Notes: generated from the sequence alone by a model not told the origin. Shown: positions 19,810 through 32,627, numbered from the whole stretch's first letter. The stretch: 63,336 nt of DNA, filler included, from Chrysochromulina tobinii (GCA_001275005.1; 5 parts of 5 records of this genome joined end to end with filler, not necessarily neighbours in it), one strand, 5' to 3'. Numbers and translations are program-made.

Positions 19810-20203
19810 CACTGTGTCACCGGCGTCTCCACCGTCGTCGACATACTGCTATGACGTGGGTAATGTCGTGTGAAGGCAACACATACTGTACAAGTACTAT
19901 ACTCGAAAAATACATATGATGCAGGTATTAATGTCTTTCTATCATCTTAAACGGCATCCGGCCATCGGGCGATGGGGCCAATTTAAGATATGGAGTGTGG
20001 ATGTTCGCAGTGCGAAACATGTGTGTTTCCGGGGTTTGTCCGATGCGTTTAAGTACATGTGACGAGGGAGACAACTTTGCGTCGACGCGAAATGACATGC
20101 CTCATCAAGACGAAAGTCGCCGACCGCGAGAGTCTCCTGGGTGGACGGATCGCTATAGGCGTCCTTTCCGCTGACGCGATTCTTCCTCACCAGTGCGGCG
20201 CTG

Positions 20204-23200
20204 ATGAAGCGCCACGAGCCGTGGGAATGGGACAGCGATCCAACCACCGAGGAGCTCCCCATGTCATTTAACGTCCACCGAGCGTCTCCCGCCGCTGCAT
20301 GCAAAGAGCCCCCTGCGGCCACTCTGCAGCATGGTGCTTATGGCCGCCGCGAGAGTGCCGCGCGCGCCAACGCGTCACGCCCACTGCTCTCCTCGCTGCC
20401 CTCCTCTCATCCACCGCCGTCCCAGTCGAGCGACTCGCCACCAAGCAAGATGAAGGTAGCGCGCCCTCCGCTTGCCTGGGAGATGGAGCCCCCGCCGTCT
20501 AGGCGGCCACGGACTCGCGCCCTGGGGAGTGACGCGCTCAGTGAGCCTCTGCTGCTCCCTCTTCTCTCCGCATCGATGCATGCAACGCCTGTGACGACGC
20601 CGGACGCGGAGGCGGCCAGCGAGGGCGTGCGGGAGTACCGGCTGGGGCCCGAACAACCTCCCACCGCGACGAAGATAACGCCGATGCCGACGGCAGCGAC
20701 GCCGGCCGCGGCGGCAAGATCGGTGCATGCATCGCCCGCGACGACGACGCCCGCTCGCGCTGGGGACGCGCTGTTCTCATGGGCGTCGTCATGTGCTCCG
20801 GCCCCGGTCTCTCCCAAATTAGGGTCGGTCTCTCCGGCCTGTGAAGTCAGCTTCCGATCTGTGAAGTCAGCTCCGGCCCCGGTCTCGTTGGCCTCGTCGT
20901 CGTCCTACAACTTCTCTTCGACCTCTGTCTCCCCTGGCGACCCCTTCTCCCCGACTTGCCCAACGCCGCGCCCGTGGCGTGACGCATGCTCGATGTCGGG
21001 ACGGATGCATGCTCGAGAAGGCCTCGACGAAACCGTGCAGCATGCATGCTCGACGTCGGGACGGATGCATGCCCGAGAAGGCCTCGACGAAACCGTGCAG
21101 CATGCATGCTCGACGTCGGGACGGATGCATGCTCGAGAAGGCCTCGACGAAACCGTGCAGCATGCAATGCAGATCGCCATGCGCGAGGCCGCAAGCGCCA
21201 AACCGCGCCGACAGCGCCCGGCGCCTCCTCCGAACCTCGACGAAACCGTCCAGGCCGCGATGCATGCGGCGCCTCCTCCGAACCTCGACGAAACCGTCCA
21301 GGCCGCGATGCATGCGGCGCCTCCTCCGAACCTCGACGAAACCGTCCAGGCCGCGATGCATGCGGCGCCTCCTCCGAACCTCGACGAAACCGTCCAGGCC
21401 GCGATGCATGCGGCGCCTCCTCCGGACCTCATAGACTTATTGGCATCCCCTGACCTCCTGCCGAAGTTGGGTGCGTCGGTACCCGACGCCTTTGCAGAGC
21501 TCCTCCTCTTCCCACAGCTACCGCCCACGACGGCGCTCAAGTCCAAGCCGCCGTCGCTCCCTTCCAAATTAGGAAGCGACGCAAGCATGAATGCGACCTC
21601 GAGGCGATCTGTGAAGTCAGATTCCACTGTGAAGTCAGCTTCCACTGTGAAGGGGTCGCCTCTGAGGGCAGCTGTCGCCGCAGGACGCGCCGACGCGAGC
21701 GCCGCCTCGCCCACGGCAGCGCCTACGTCCACGACGGTGCTACCCTTCTTCGATTTGCTGCGCCTGGACGGTGAGCAGACGATCCCGTCGTACGAAGCGC
21801 CGAGCGCGCCCGATACGGCGCTCGAGGTGCCGCCGCCGCCGCCGCCGCCCGCCCGCCCATCGGCGACTCCGATGGCCAATCTCGCGCCCGATCTCGCGCC
21901 CGATCTGGCGTCCAATCTCGCGTCAAATCTCGCGTCCGATCTCGCGTGCGATCTCCCGTGGAGCTCGACGCAGGCCGAGGCGCCTTCGGGCGTCGTGGCG
22001 GGCGCCTCGCCAGCTTCCGTAGCCTCCGCGGCCACGGCAGCCGCGGCATCCCTGGGCGTCGTGGCGGGCGCCTCGGCATCCCTGGCAACCTTGGCGACCC
22101 TCCGGCTGCCCCCCGAGATGCACGACGAGATCCGGCTGCCCCCCGAGGATGACACCGACACCGAGAGCGCCGACTTGAGCGGCGACGAGTGGTCGGCGCT
22201 GTCCGAGGCGGGCGCTGAGAGCGGCTTCGACTCCGCGGCAGAGGACTCGAGCTCCCGAATCTCCATCGTCGGAGATGCCATCTCGCGCCGTCTGGACGCG
22301 AGCGCCGTCTCGAGCGCTCGAGCGCCGTCTCGAGCGCCGATCTCGCCCGAGTGGGGGGCGGCGTCCGGCGACTCGTTTTGCTCCGAGGGCTCGTGGCAGA
22401 GCGCCAAGCAGATGTGCGCGCAGGAGTCGACTCATTTTAGGCACGAGGCCGAGGCGAGCCATGTTAGGCAGGTGAAGGTGGTCGCTCAACTCGGCGCTCC
22501 CGTCGTCTGCCCAACGGCCGCGCTCAACTCGGCGCGCGATCGCCCGGCACGGCGCGGCGAGGTTCGTCACGAGGCTCGTTCGGACGACGAGGACGCTGAT
22601 GACATTGATGACGAGACCGAGCTGTGGAAGGGCGCGCTGCGTGCCGAGTTGAGCCCTTCACACCGTCGCCACGTCCGCACCCCCGAGGTCAGCCCTTCGC
22701 CTCGTCGCCACCTTCGCACGCCCTCGGCTGAGGACGAGGAGTTGCCTAATATGGACGAGGTGGATGAGCGATGCCCTCGCTCGATGCCCTCGCTCCCGTT
22801 TGCGGCGTGTGCGCCCACGTACCTGCGCTCGACGCTCGGCACGGCGCTCGGTTCACAGTCGCATTCACAGCGGGACACGCGCGCGGCAGGCGGCGGTGCC
22901 CGATACGACGCGGCGCACGTGGGGGCGGAGGGTGTGAACGCCCGATACGGCGCTGCGGCGCGCGCCGAGGAGCCCGATCTCGTGGATGAGGAGATCGAGA
23001 TGGTCGAGATCCCCTCGGCTGACGAAGCTGACGAAGCCGTGGATGAGAGCGAGTTTTGGCTCGTCGAGGGTCTGATGGAGTGGCGAGGGGGGTCCATCTC
23101 CGCGCTCGAGGTGGCCGAGATCGCGATCGAGATTGCGCGGCAGGCGCGGCGGGCGCGGCAGGCGCGGCGGGCGGCGGTGCAGCTGGGAGCTCGCGAAGGC

Positions 23201-26200
23201 GCTCAGTACGACGCTCTCAAAGGCGCTCAGTACGACGCTCGCGATGGCGCGGCAGCTGCGAGGGAAGTCGACGGCGAGGAGGAGTTGCCTAATATGGACG
23301 ACGAGGACTGCCCCGAGGCCCAGGGGCAGCTTCGAGCGCTTGTGTGCGCGACGGCCCACTTGTCGCCGCCCGAGAGCGTCGTACTGAGCGTGATGGACCC
23401 CCCGCCGCCGCCTCCGCGGCACTCCTCCACCTCTCCATCGTCGTCGTCGTCATCATCATCATCATCAACCGCCTCAAAAGCTGCCTCCACAGCGCCGTAT
23501 CGGGCGTTCACACCCTCCGCCTCAAAAGCAGCCTCCACAGCGGACGATGGATTGGTGGGGGTGCTCCGGCTTGGACGGATCGAATGCCCTTTGTATGGAC
23601 GCAAGACGCCCGTCCTTCATGTTCAGGGTGCCGAGCTGCCTAATATGGACACCGAGCTGCCTAAAATGGACGCCGAGCTTCCTAATATGGACGCAGTCAC
23701 GGCTGAAGGCGCTGAGGCTCACCAAGGTCGCGGGGCGTCCTATTACGTCCTGCCGACGAGCGACGGCAGCCTCGTCTGCTTCACACTCGCGCCCGGGACG
23801 GCGCCGGCGGCTTGCGCGGCGCTGTACTGAGCGGCTCGGCTCGAACCTGAGTGCCACTCTGATAGCGCCTGATTGCGCCTGATTGCGCCTGATGAGCTCC
23901 TTCATCAGGTACAAGTGGCTGGGCTCGCGCGCCACCCTTATGTCATGGTCCATCCCGCTGTGGGAAGATGAGAGCATGCTCACCGCGCCGCCCGTGCAGG
24001 TGAATGCGCCTGAGTGCACCTGATTGCAACCTGAGTGCTCCTGAGTGCACCATGATGACCTCTGATGGCACCAGTGATTGACGATGAATCGACCTGTCAC
24101 TGACGACCTCTGATGACCTCAGATGACCTCAGATGACCTCTGATGACCTCTGATGACCTATGATGACCTCTGATGGCCCCAGCAATTGACGAATCGGCCC
24201 GTCACAGATGGTGGAGGCCGGCCCGCGTCTCGTCAATGCCATCCACTCGTCATCACGCGCCCTGCAGCACGTGATGCTCGGGACGGCGCGCGCGGTCGCC
24301 CTCTCATGCTCGGTCCTCTCGTATGGCGCGCACAAGCTGCAGGCGGCACAGGCGCGCCGTGCCGAGCGCCCGCCGCCGCCGCTGCCGCCGCGCCAGCCGC
24401 GCCAGCCGCTCCTGCCGCAGCTCGTTGATGAGGAGCGCCATCAGCCGCAGCTCGTTGATGAGGAGCGTCATCAACCAAACGGCCACGCGGCGTCCGAGGG
24501 CGCGCCCATCACGGCGCCTGCGGCTGCGGAGCTCCTCCGCGCTTCGTCAAAAGAGGACGGCGGCGCCTCCGCATCGCCCGCGACGGCGCCCGCGTCTCCA
24601 GGCAGACTGAAAGCGAAAGGGAGCGATGGCGGCGGCGGGAGTTGCGGCAAGGGCGCTCAGATTCGTCAAGGGCTCGAGAGGACGCGTGTATACCTGCAGC
24701 ACGTGGCACTCGTGTCGGATTGCATCGGGCGCTCGGTGCTGCACGGGGGCAAGCATGTACTCCGGTAATGGCCACTAATGACCTCTGATGACCACTAATG
24801 ACCTCTGAGTACCTCTGATTACCTCTGAATAACTTCTGAGGGCCTGCCTGATTGCGTCCCTCATCAGGTACACTGCGCACGCCGCCTCCCACGCGGCCCT
24901 CGCGATGGTGCCCGCGGGGGCGCCCGAGACGGCGCTCGGCCAGATCTGGCGAGATCGCATCTCGTCGCCGCTCCGAGGCAGCTCGGCGCGAGCTGCCGGT
25001 TTCGTCAGACGCTCGGGGGCGGTCGACGTCCTCAGCCACGGAGGTGCGCTTGATGGCGCTTGATGATCACCTCTCAGATCACACCTCGGACTGCCTTTTC
25101 ACACCTCGGACTGCCTTTTCACACCTCGGAATGACTCTTCACACCTCGGAATGACTCTTCACACCTCGGAATGACTCTTCACACCTCGGACTGCCTCTGA
25201 CGACGTCTGCGTAGCCTCTTCACACCTTGCCTGTTCACACAGGGCGGGCCCTCGTTGCCGCGGCCGACACGGCAGTCGTCGCGCGCAGCCTCATGTACAG
25301 CTCCGTCCGGCAGGTGCGATCTCCCTTGATTGTCCTTGATTGTCCTTGATGGCACTCGTCGCGCGCAGCCTCATGTACAGCTCCGTTCGGCAGGCAACCT
25401 CCGACCTCACGAGCGCCGTCTTGGGCGCGGACGCGGGCTCGGTGGTGGCCGAAGGGCTCGACACGATCGTCGCGGCCCAGGCGAGCCGCTCTCGCCTCGA
25501 ACCTAAGATGGACCCTGCCTTGCATGTATGTGCTCACCACGGCGCCCTCTCCCCTCGTTGCGTCGCACACACAGGCGACGCTCTCGTCTGTCACGTGCAC
25601 CGGCGTCGGATGGCTCCTGCAGGCGAGTTCTGAGTACCTCTGAGTACTTCTGATGACCTCTGATGACCTCTGATGACCTCTGATGACCTCTGATGAACTC
25701 TGATGACCTCTGATGAACTCTGATGACCTCTGATGAACTCTGATGACCTCTGATTGCAGGCGAGCTCCTCCGCGTCGCTCGCCAATAATCTTCTCTACGT
25801 GGGCATCAAGAGAGGCTCGACCGAGGCCGTCGTTCGTCACTTCGGACCGGCCCTTGGTGCGGTCACAGTGGAGGGCTTGGATAGCCTCTCGATGCATGGA
25901 CTCTCTACCCATGGGCTCTCACAGCTGCCTCTCTCCTCGGTGCGTGGCTGATTGCCTCTGATGACCTCTGATGACCTCTCTCCTCGGTGCGTGGCTGATG
26001 GCCTCTGATGACGTCCCTCATCAGGTCTCATCGGTAGGCTGGGCCCTCTCCGGATGCCACGTGGCCGACCAGCTGATTGCCTCTGATGACGTCCCTCATC
26101 AGGTCTCATCGGTAGGCTGGGCCCTCTCCGGATGCCACGTGGCCGACCAGCGTCGCATCCTCTCAACCACCGTCAGCCATCGGCACGAGCCGCCCATAAT

Positions 26201-27427
26201 AGGCAACTCGCCCCCCATAATAGGCAACTCGCCCTCCATTTTAGGCAACTCGCCTGCAGAGCCAAACCAGACAGCATCACCAGCGGCAGCGGCGGCATCA
26301 CCAGCGGCGGCAGCACCAGCGGCAGCAGCTGCGGCAGCACCGGCGGCGGCGGAGGCGAAGGCGGCGGCGACGGCGGAAGAAGAGGAGGACGAGAAGGACG
26401 AATGGATACTACTTGGTTCGCATTGATGAGCTCTGATGAGCTCTGATGACCACTGATGAGCTCTGATGAGCTCTGATTGCCTCTGATGGGCTCTGATTGC
26501 CTCTGATGAGCTCTGATAACCTCTGATGAGCTCTGATGAGCTCTGATTGCCTCATCAGGTTCGCCCTGGCTCGAAGGGTTCATCGCCCTGATGAGCTCTG
26601 ATGAGCTCTGATTGCCTCATCAGGATCGCCCTGGCTCGAAGGGTTCATCGCCATTCAGCCCATGGAGACCGGTACGACGCCCGGCACGACGCGCCAGGCA
26701 GTGGGCGGCTGGCGACGGGTGTGGTGCGTGCTCCAAGACAGCGCCATCTCCTTTTTTGGGCACGAGCGAGCCGCCCTCGATGGGGTCGTCGAGCCGATCG
26801 AAACCATCGAATGGCTTCATCTCCGTGCCATCACCCTCCGCCCGGTCGCGCCCAACACGGCGCCCAAGCCGGCGCCCGACACGGCGCCCGGCGCCGCGCC
26901 CGGCACGGCGGCGCGTGAGCACGGGTGCACGTTTGAGATACAGCTTGGCGCGCATGCAAGTGCTCAACACGGCGCACGTGAGCACGGGTGCACGTTTGAG
27001 ATACAGCTTGGCGCCGGCCGTTCGATTGCGATGCGGGTTGAGACGGCAGCACAGCGCGCGCTATGGGTACGCATCCTCGCTGACAATGACCTCTGATGAC
27101 CTTGTGATGACCTTCTGATGAGCTTCTGATGAGCTTCTGATGACCTCTGATGGCCTCTGATTGCAGGCGCGCAGTGGGTACGCGAGCTGCTCCGCCTTGC
27201 CTCGTGGCGCGCATGCAAGCGCTCACCACGGCGCGTCCACTACCCCCTCCCTCTCCCCACAGGTACGCGAGCTGCTCCGCCTCGCCTCGTGGCGCGCGGT
27301 GCACTCGCTGCAGCTCGCGCTCGCACGGGGCTCTTCCACAGAGTGGCAGCCGGTCCATGTGCTCGATACGGCGCGGGCGCCGCGGGACGCGCCACCCGCC
27401 TCGAATCCCCCAGCGGCGCGGGACTAG
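20204..27427 (+). CDS. Large multi-exon protein: low-complexity N-terminus, senescence/spartin-like region, C-terminal PH domain
   Basis: 1208-aa first exon, then introns including 23824-23908, 24000-24207, 24765-24867, 25314-25393, 25481-25759, 27067-27262. PH: WLEGFI...GWRRVWCVLQDSAISFF...FEIQL...RVETAAQRALW|VREL. Senescence-like: SVRQATSDLTSAVLGADAGSVVAEGLDTI (tentative). Confidence 0.65.
20985..21430 (+). repeat. Coding minisatellites: 60-nt x3 (HACSTSGRMHAREGLDETVQ) then 48-nt x4+ (AAPPPNLDETVQAAMH)
   Basis: Directly visible; both arrays share the core CCTCGACGAAACCGT (LDETVQ). Confidence 0.95.
23860..27165 (+). repeat. Series of intronic decamer arrays (GATGACCTCT, GATGAGCTCT, GCGCCTGATT, GATTGCCTCT)n and a 21-mer (CACACCTCGGA...)n
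   Basis: Arrays at ~23860-23895, 24055-24175, 24770-24850, 25080-25195, 25630-25755, 25950-25975, 26425-26555, 27090-27165; each lies in an intron, typically ending CTCATCAG or GATTGCAG. Confidence 0.9.
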
Positions 27428-27737
27428 TGGCCTTGCATGCAAGTTTGGGGAAGCTCGAGGAGATCAGCGCGTGTGATGACTCGACTGATGGGATTGGTCA
27501 TCAAAACGTCATCTCGTCGTCATCTCGACGTCACCTCTCCTGTGACGCGCTACCTAATTCCTGATACGAAATCCTAAGTAGGATTGCCGCGTGCCGGTGG
27601 CGTGTTGCACACGTGCCTCGGGGCCCTCGGCCACGGCGCGCCGCCGGATGAGACTTCGCTTGAGAATGAGAGGCGCCAGCGCGTCCTCTGAGATGCAGGC
27701 TGTTTTGTGTTTAACGTCTGGGATCGGCAGGTCGTGC

Positions 27738-27992
27738 CTTAAGCCCGGAGGGGGCGACTTAAGCCGCGCCGGTACTTAAGTCGGGACACCGCGACTTAAG
27801 CGTGAACAATCTCCTTTAAGTCACGCGTGCTCCGACTTAAGTCGCCCATGAAGTCGCCGGGGCCGACTTAATATGATCGGTGCACACGGGCCGACTTAAC
27901 TCTTTTAAGTCGGCCCCCGGCGACTTAAGTCTTAACTCTTAAGTCCGAAAGTCGAGGCCGCCCCCAGCTCATTAAGTTATATAAGTCGGCCC
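27738..27992. repeat. Palindromic GACTTAAGTC-rich element (possible MITE/foldback)
   Basis: 13 TTAA tetramers in ~250 bp; perfect 12-bp stem GGGCCGACTTAA (27888-27899)/TTAAGTCGGCCC (27905-27916). Confidence 0.7.
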
Positions 27993-28404
27993 GGTGATAT
28001 TACTGTGCGTGTTCGCAGTATAAGGAGCGACCCCGAATATGATCGCCGATGGTCGGATGCACGTTTGCGATCCGCATGCTCATGCGCTATCCTACGCCGG
28101 CTCTGCAACGGCCAACGCGACGCGACACTCGAATACTCGCATCCCGAAAGCGGCCCCACCTGTATGTGCGTGCGGTGGGCGCCCTCTCGTGCGAGGCCGT
28201 GTGTGGCGCTACCGGGGAGCGCGTGCTCGCGACGCCTGTGTCCCGCTGTCCGTTGGAGAGACCGAGCCCACGCCGCCGCGCGGGGCAACCCCGATGAGTC
28301 GGTCGCGGCTGATGCCTCCGGGGCATCGCACGGCGCGCGGCGCGAACACGCCAGAGAGAGATGTGGGGCCTGTGGTCTTCCGCGCAGCGCGCTCCAGTGC
28401 CGGC

Positions 28405-29930
28405 CTATGCGCGGGTGACTTGAGTGTGCTCGCTGAAGGCCGATGGGTCGACGACGGTCGCTGATGGGATCGTGATCGACGCGAGAGAGGTGCAGTCGTA
28501 AAAGGCGTCGTAACCAATCTGCATCACCGACTCGGGGATCGTGATCGACGCGAGCAAGGTGCAGCCGAGAAAGGCTTGCTCACCTATCTGCGTCACCGAC
28601 GCGGGGAGCGTGATCGATGCGAGCGAGGTGCAGCCGAGAAAGGCTAGCTCACCAATCTGCGTCACCGACACGGGGAGCGTGATCGACGCGAGCGAGGTGC
28701 AGCCGTGAAAGGCGTACCCACCAATTTGTGTCACTGACTCGGGGATCGTGATCGACGCGAGCGAGGTGCAGCCCTGAAAGGCAGCCACACCAATCTGCGT
28801 CACCGACGCGGGGAGCGTGATCGACGCGAGCGAGCGGCAGCCCCAAAAGGCCCACGTGCCAATCTGCGTCACCGACGAGGGGAGCGTGATCGACGCGAGC
28901 GAGGTGCAGCCGTAAAAGGCGCTCTCACCAATCTGCGTCACCGACGAGGGGAGCGTGATCGACGCGAGCGAGGCGCAGCCGCGAAAGGCGTCCTTACCAA
29001 TCTGCGTCACCGACGCGGGGAGGTTCGCGACCGACTTGAGCGACTCGCAGTCTCCCATCTTGAGCTCTCGCAGCGCCGTCAGCCTCGCCACAGACGCCGG
29101 CAGCGCCTCCCCCTTCCACTTCTTCCCGCTCAGATTCAGCCCGCGCACGCGCGCCCCTCCTCCTTGTCCGCCGTGAGCGCCCTGCCGAGCCCGTCCCGGC
29201 CGCCCTCCACCCCCGCCGCCCACTCGGGATCCTCCAGGATCCACGCGTCCTCAGACGCCCCGATGAGCTCCACGTCCGTCGCCCCGATGAGCTCCAGAGC
29301 CGTAAAGGTGACTTGAGTGTGCTTGTCGAAGGCGCATGGGTGGACGAGGTTCGCCGATGGGATCGTGATCGACGAAAGCGAGGTGCAGACCTTAAAGGCG
29401 TCCGGACCAATCTGCGTCACCGACTCGGGGATCGTGATCGATGCGAGCGAGGTGCAGCCGTAAAAGGCGCGCTCACCAATCTCCGTCACCGACGCGGGGA
29501 GCGTGATCAACGAAAGCGAGGTGCAGTCGTAAAAGGCATGCCCACCAATTTGCGTCACCGACTCGGGGAGCGTGATCGACGCGAGCGAGGTGCAGCCCTG
29601 AAAGGCAGCCACACCAATCTGCGTCACCGACGCGGGGAGCGTGATCGACGCGAGCGAGGTGCAGCCGAGAAAGGATTGCCCACCAATCTGCGTCACCGAC
29701 GCAGGGAGAGTGATCGACGCGAGCGAGCGGCAGCCGAGAAAGGCTTGCCCACCAATCTGCGCCACCGTCGCGGGGAGCGTGATCGTCGTCAAAGATTTGT
29801 AACTTAACGAGCTACCCTCCCAATTGGCGGGACCGTGCACAAACAGGACCTGACACAGTTCGACGAGTGGATTCGGCGGGGGCACTGAGGGACAAAAGCA
29901 CCGCAACATGAACTTGCATGCATGCAACAA
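28405..29930 (-). CDS. BspA-type (TpLRR/LRR_5) leucine-rich repeat protein; two repeat blocks split by a frameshift at ~29154-29157; probably 5'-partial
   Basis: 23-aa repeats LASITLPASVTQIGxxAFxGCTS in ORFs 29136-29930 and 28405-29244. One extra G in the GGGG run would join ...ADKEEG to ARVRGLNLSGK...LPASVARLTALREL. Confidence 0.85.
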
Positions 29931-30068
29931 ATAGACTTTTCGGCCAACGTTCTCGCAGGCGCGTGTGAGAGGTGCAGCGTGTGCAAGGGGCTGGGAGAGC
30001 CCCTTGGCGTGTGTGAGGAAGGCGAGTACATCATTTTGAGCGCGGATATGTGCTCACGCGCCTACACC

Positions 30069-30168
30069 NNNNNNNNNNNNNNNNNNNNNNNNNNNNNNNN
30101 NNNNNNNNNNNNTTAATTAATTAANNNNNNNNNNNNNNNNNNNNNNNNNNNNNNNNNNNNNNNNNNNN
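30069..30168. other. Artificial contig spacer
   Basis: N44-TTAATTAATTAA-N44. Confidence 0.99.
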
Positions 30169-31974
30169 CGAGGGCGGCGGCGGGGGTCGTGGCGGCGGCG
30201 AGGGCGGCGGCGGGGGTCGTGATGGCGGGGGCGGCGGGGAGGGCGGGCGGGAGGGCGGCGGCGGCCTGGGCGGCGGCGACGCCACGACGCAGCTGCCGTT
30301 GTCGACGTTGGCGCTCGGGTTGAAGTTGGTTGCCGCCGCAAACGTGCAGCCGAGGACGGAGAAAAGGCACGTGGTGTTAAACCCAGCAGTGACGTTGGCC
30401 AAAAAGTTCCTGGCCGTCGGGTTATTGCAGCCACGCACTGGCCACGTGCACCCGCCGTTGTCGACGGTGGCCGAGGGGTTGTAGTTCGCGGCCAGAGGGT
30501 TCGTGCAGCCGCTAATGACGTACGTGCACAACGAGGCGACGTTGACGTTGGCCGTGGGCATGTAGTTGCTGGCGGCAGAGTCCATGCAGCCCTGGACGGC
30601 GTACGTGCACGAGCCCTGGACGTTGGCGTTGCTGTTGTAGTTGAGCGCTCCGGTCGCCATGCAGCCGGTGACACGGGGAATGCACGACGAGGTGGCCGTG
30701 GGGTTGCCCGCCGTGGCATTCGCCAGGTAATTGAACGCGGTGACATTCGTGCAGCCCAGGACGTGGTACGTGCAAGCGGACTGATCGTGCGACGTGGCCA
30801 AGGCCGAATAGGTCGATGCGGCCGGGTCCATGCAGCCCGGCCCCTGCAGCCGGCGACCCGGCGCGTCCTCTGACGAGACCTCGAGGCGGCGGCCCGAGCC
30901 CGCGCACGAGCCCGGGGTGGCGAAGGTGTTCCGCGCGCTGTAGTTGGCATTGCCCACGGTCATGCAGCCGCCGTAGGAGCAAGAGCCAGGTAGCTGCACG
31001 TTGTAGACCGCGTTGTAGTTGAGCGCACTACGTTCGGTGCAGCCTGGGTTGTTCGGGCACGAGCCGTCGCTGACAGTGGCCTGCGGATTGTAAGTGGAAG
31101 CCAACGAGTTCATGCAGCCGTAGAAGATGCACGAGCCGGGGAGCAGCGTGTTGTAGAGCGCGTTGTAGTTGGCTGCCGCCGAGTTCGTGCAGCCCCGGAC
31201 GCGGGGAGTGCATGGATAGGCGCTCGCGTTGCTGTACGTGGCGGACGGGTTGTAGTTGAGGGCGTCCGGGTTCATGCAGCCATACACGGGCGTGGCCATG
31301 ACGCAGCAGTTGCCCGTGGGGCAGTAGGTGGCGCTCGCCTGGTAGTTGACGGCCGCCGTGTTCGTGCAGCCCGGGACAGGCGGCGCGCAGCCGCCGTTGT
31401 CGTACGAGGCCGACGGGTTGTACTGGGGGAAGCGCGAGTCGGTGCACCCGCCAATGATGCACGAGCCGTCGTCGGTTATGGCAAAGGGGCGGTAATTATA
31501 CGCGGCGGTATTCGTGCAGCCGGTCGGCGGCGGCGGGGGAGGCGGCGGTGAAGGTGAGGACAGCGGCGCTGAAGGTGAGGGCGGCGGCGGTGAAGGTGAG
31601 GGCAGCGGTGAGGAGGGCGGTGGCGACGTGGGCGGCAGCGAGGGCAAGGGTGGCGGTGGCGACGGTGAGGGGGGCGGTGGCGAAGGTGGCGGCATCGAAG
31701 GCGGCGGCAGTTGCGAATGAACAGACTCCATGTTGCCGAGCAGGGCAATGAACCACAGTGCTCGGTGTGTCCTGGTGCAGCGGGCATTGCGCTGTTGGTG
31801 GAGCCCTTGTAGCTGCTGCGGCGGGCACTGCTGCTGTTGCTGGCCACAGACCTTTTCAGCAGAGTGAGGCACGCACGAGAAGCTGGGCGGTAGGGGTGGA
31901 GCTCCTGGCATCCGACGGCTTGCCCATAGCGTGGCCAGTCGGCTCGATGGAGCGGGCTTGGGCTGTTTCCGCAT
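30169..31974 (-). CDS. Secreted/surface protein with Ser-Pro-rich linkers and about 14 GC[TM]xxxAxNYNPxAxxxxGxC repeats; 3'-partial
   Basis: Hydrophobic ALWFIALLG segment, SPPPP runs, repeats such as GCTNTAAYNYRPFAITDDGSC and GCTNPLAANYNPSATVDNGGC; reading frame runs into the contig end. Confidence 0.85.
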
Positions 31975-32627
31975 GGTCGAGCGACGGCACCAGGTTTAGT
32001 CTGCTGCAGGCAAGACGCCGTGACGGATTGCCGGTTTCGCAGACCTATCTGCCCAAAAAGTTGCCGATGCATGTCTCCGTTTTCGTTCCAGAAGTAAGAC
32101 CTGGGGGGAGCGTACGTCTCCGTCTCGGCCAGACACGCACCCGCAAGCCCCGGAGAGGCGTGCGCGGGAGGCGCTCACTCACACATGGGCAGCATACACT
32201 CGCGGAGATGCGGGAGTCGCGCTCAGGCAAGCTTCACCACGACACCACCTTCCACCTTAGTGAGGTGTCGCTCTGCCTGCCCGCGCAAGTGTATAGAGGT
32301 TGGCCCGCTGCAGCCGTGGCCCGGCCCTTCCGCATGCGCTCGCCTGCATCCCTGGATGCGTCCGTCGCACCCACTGCCGGACCTGCGTCGCACCCACTGC
32401 CGGCCCCCCCTCGCTCCACGCTCGGCCCAGCGCCCACCGTCTCGGTCTGCGCGCGCGCTCTGCGCGCTCGTCGCTCCCTCTCCGGACTCCCGTATCAGTT
32501 TTTGGGCGTCGATCATGCAGGTCGCGCTGAAACGTCGTTCGCACGGCCGACGCAAATCGTAAAGCTCGTGCAAGAATAAAACTCAGACGAGCGCGGCGGT
32601 AATTAAAAGACACGTCTGAGCGGTCGC

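Noticed and set aside
20985..21430. Regular 60- and 48-nt repeats as CRISPR or a mobile element
   Set aside because: Head-to-tail in-frame coding minisatellites with no unique spacers.
27738..27992. Possible CRISPR array
   Set aside because: Eukaryotic context, repeat only ~10 nt, irregular short spacers, no cas genes.
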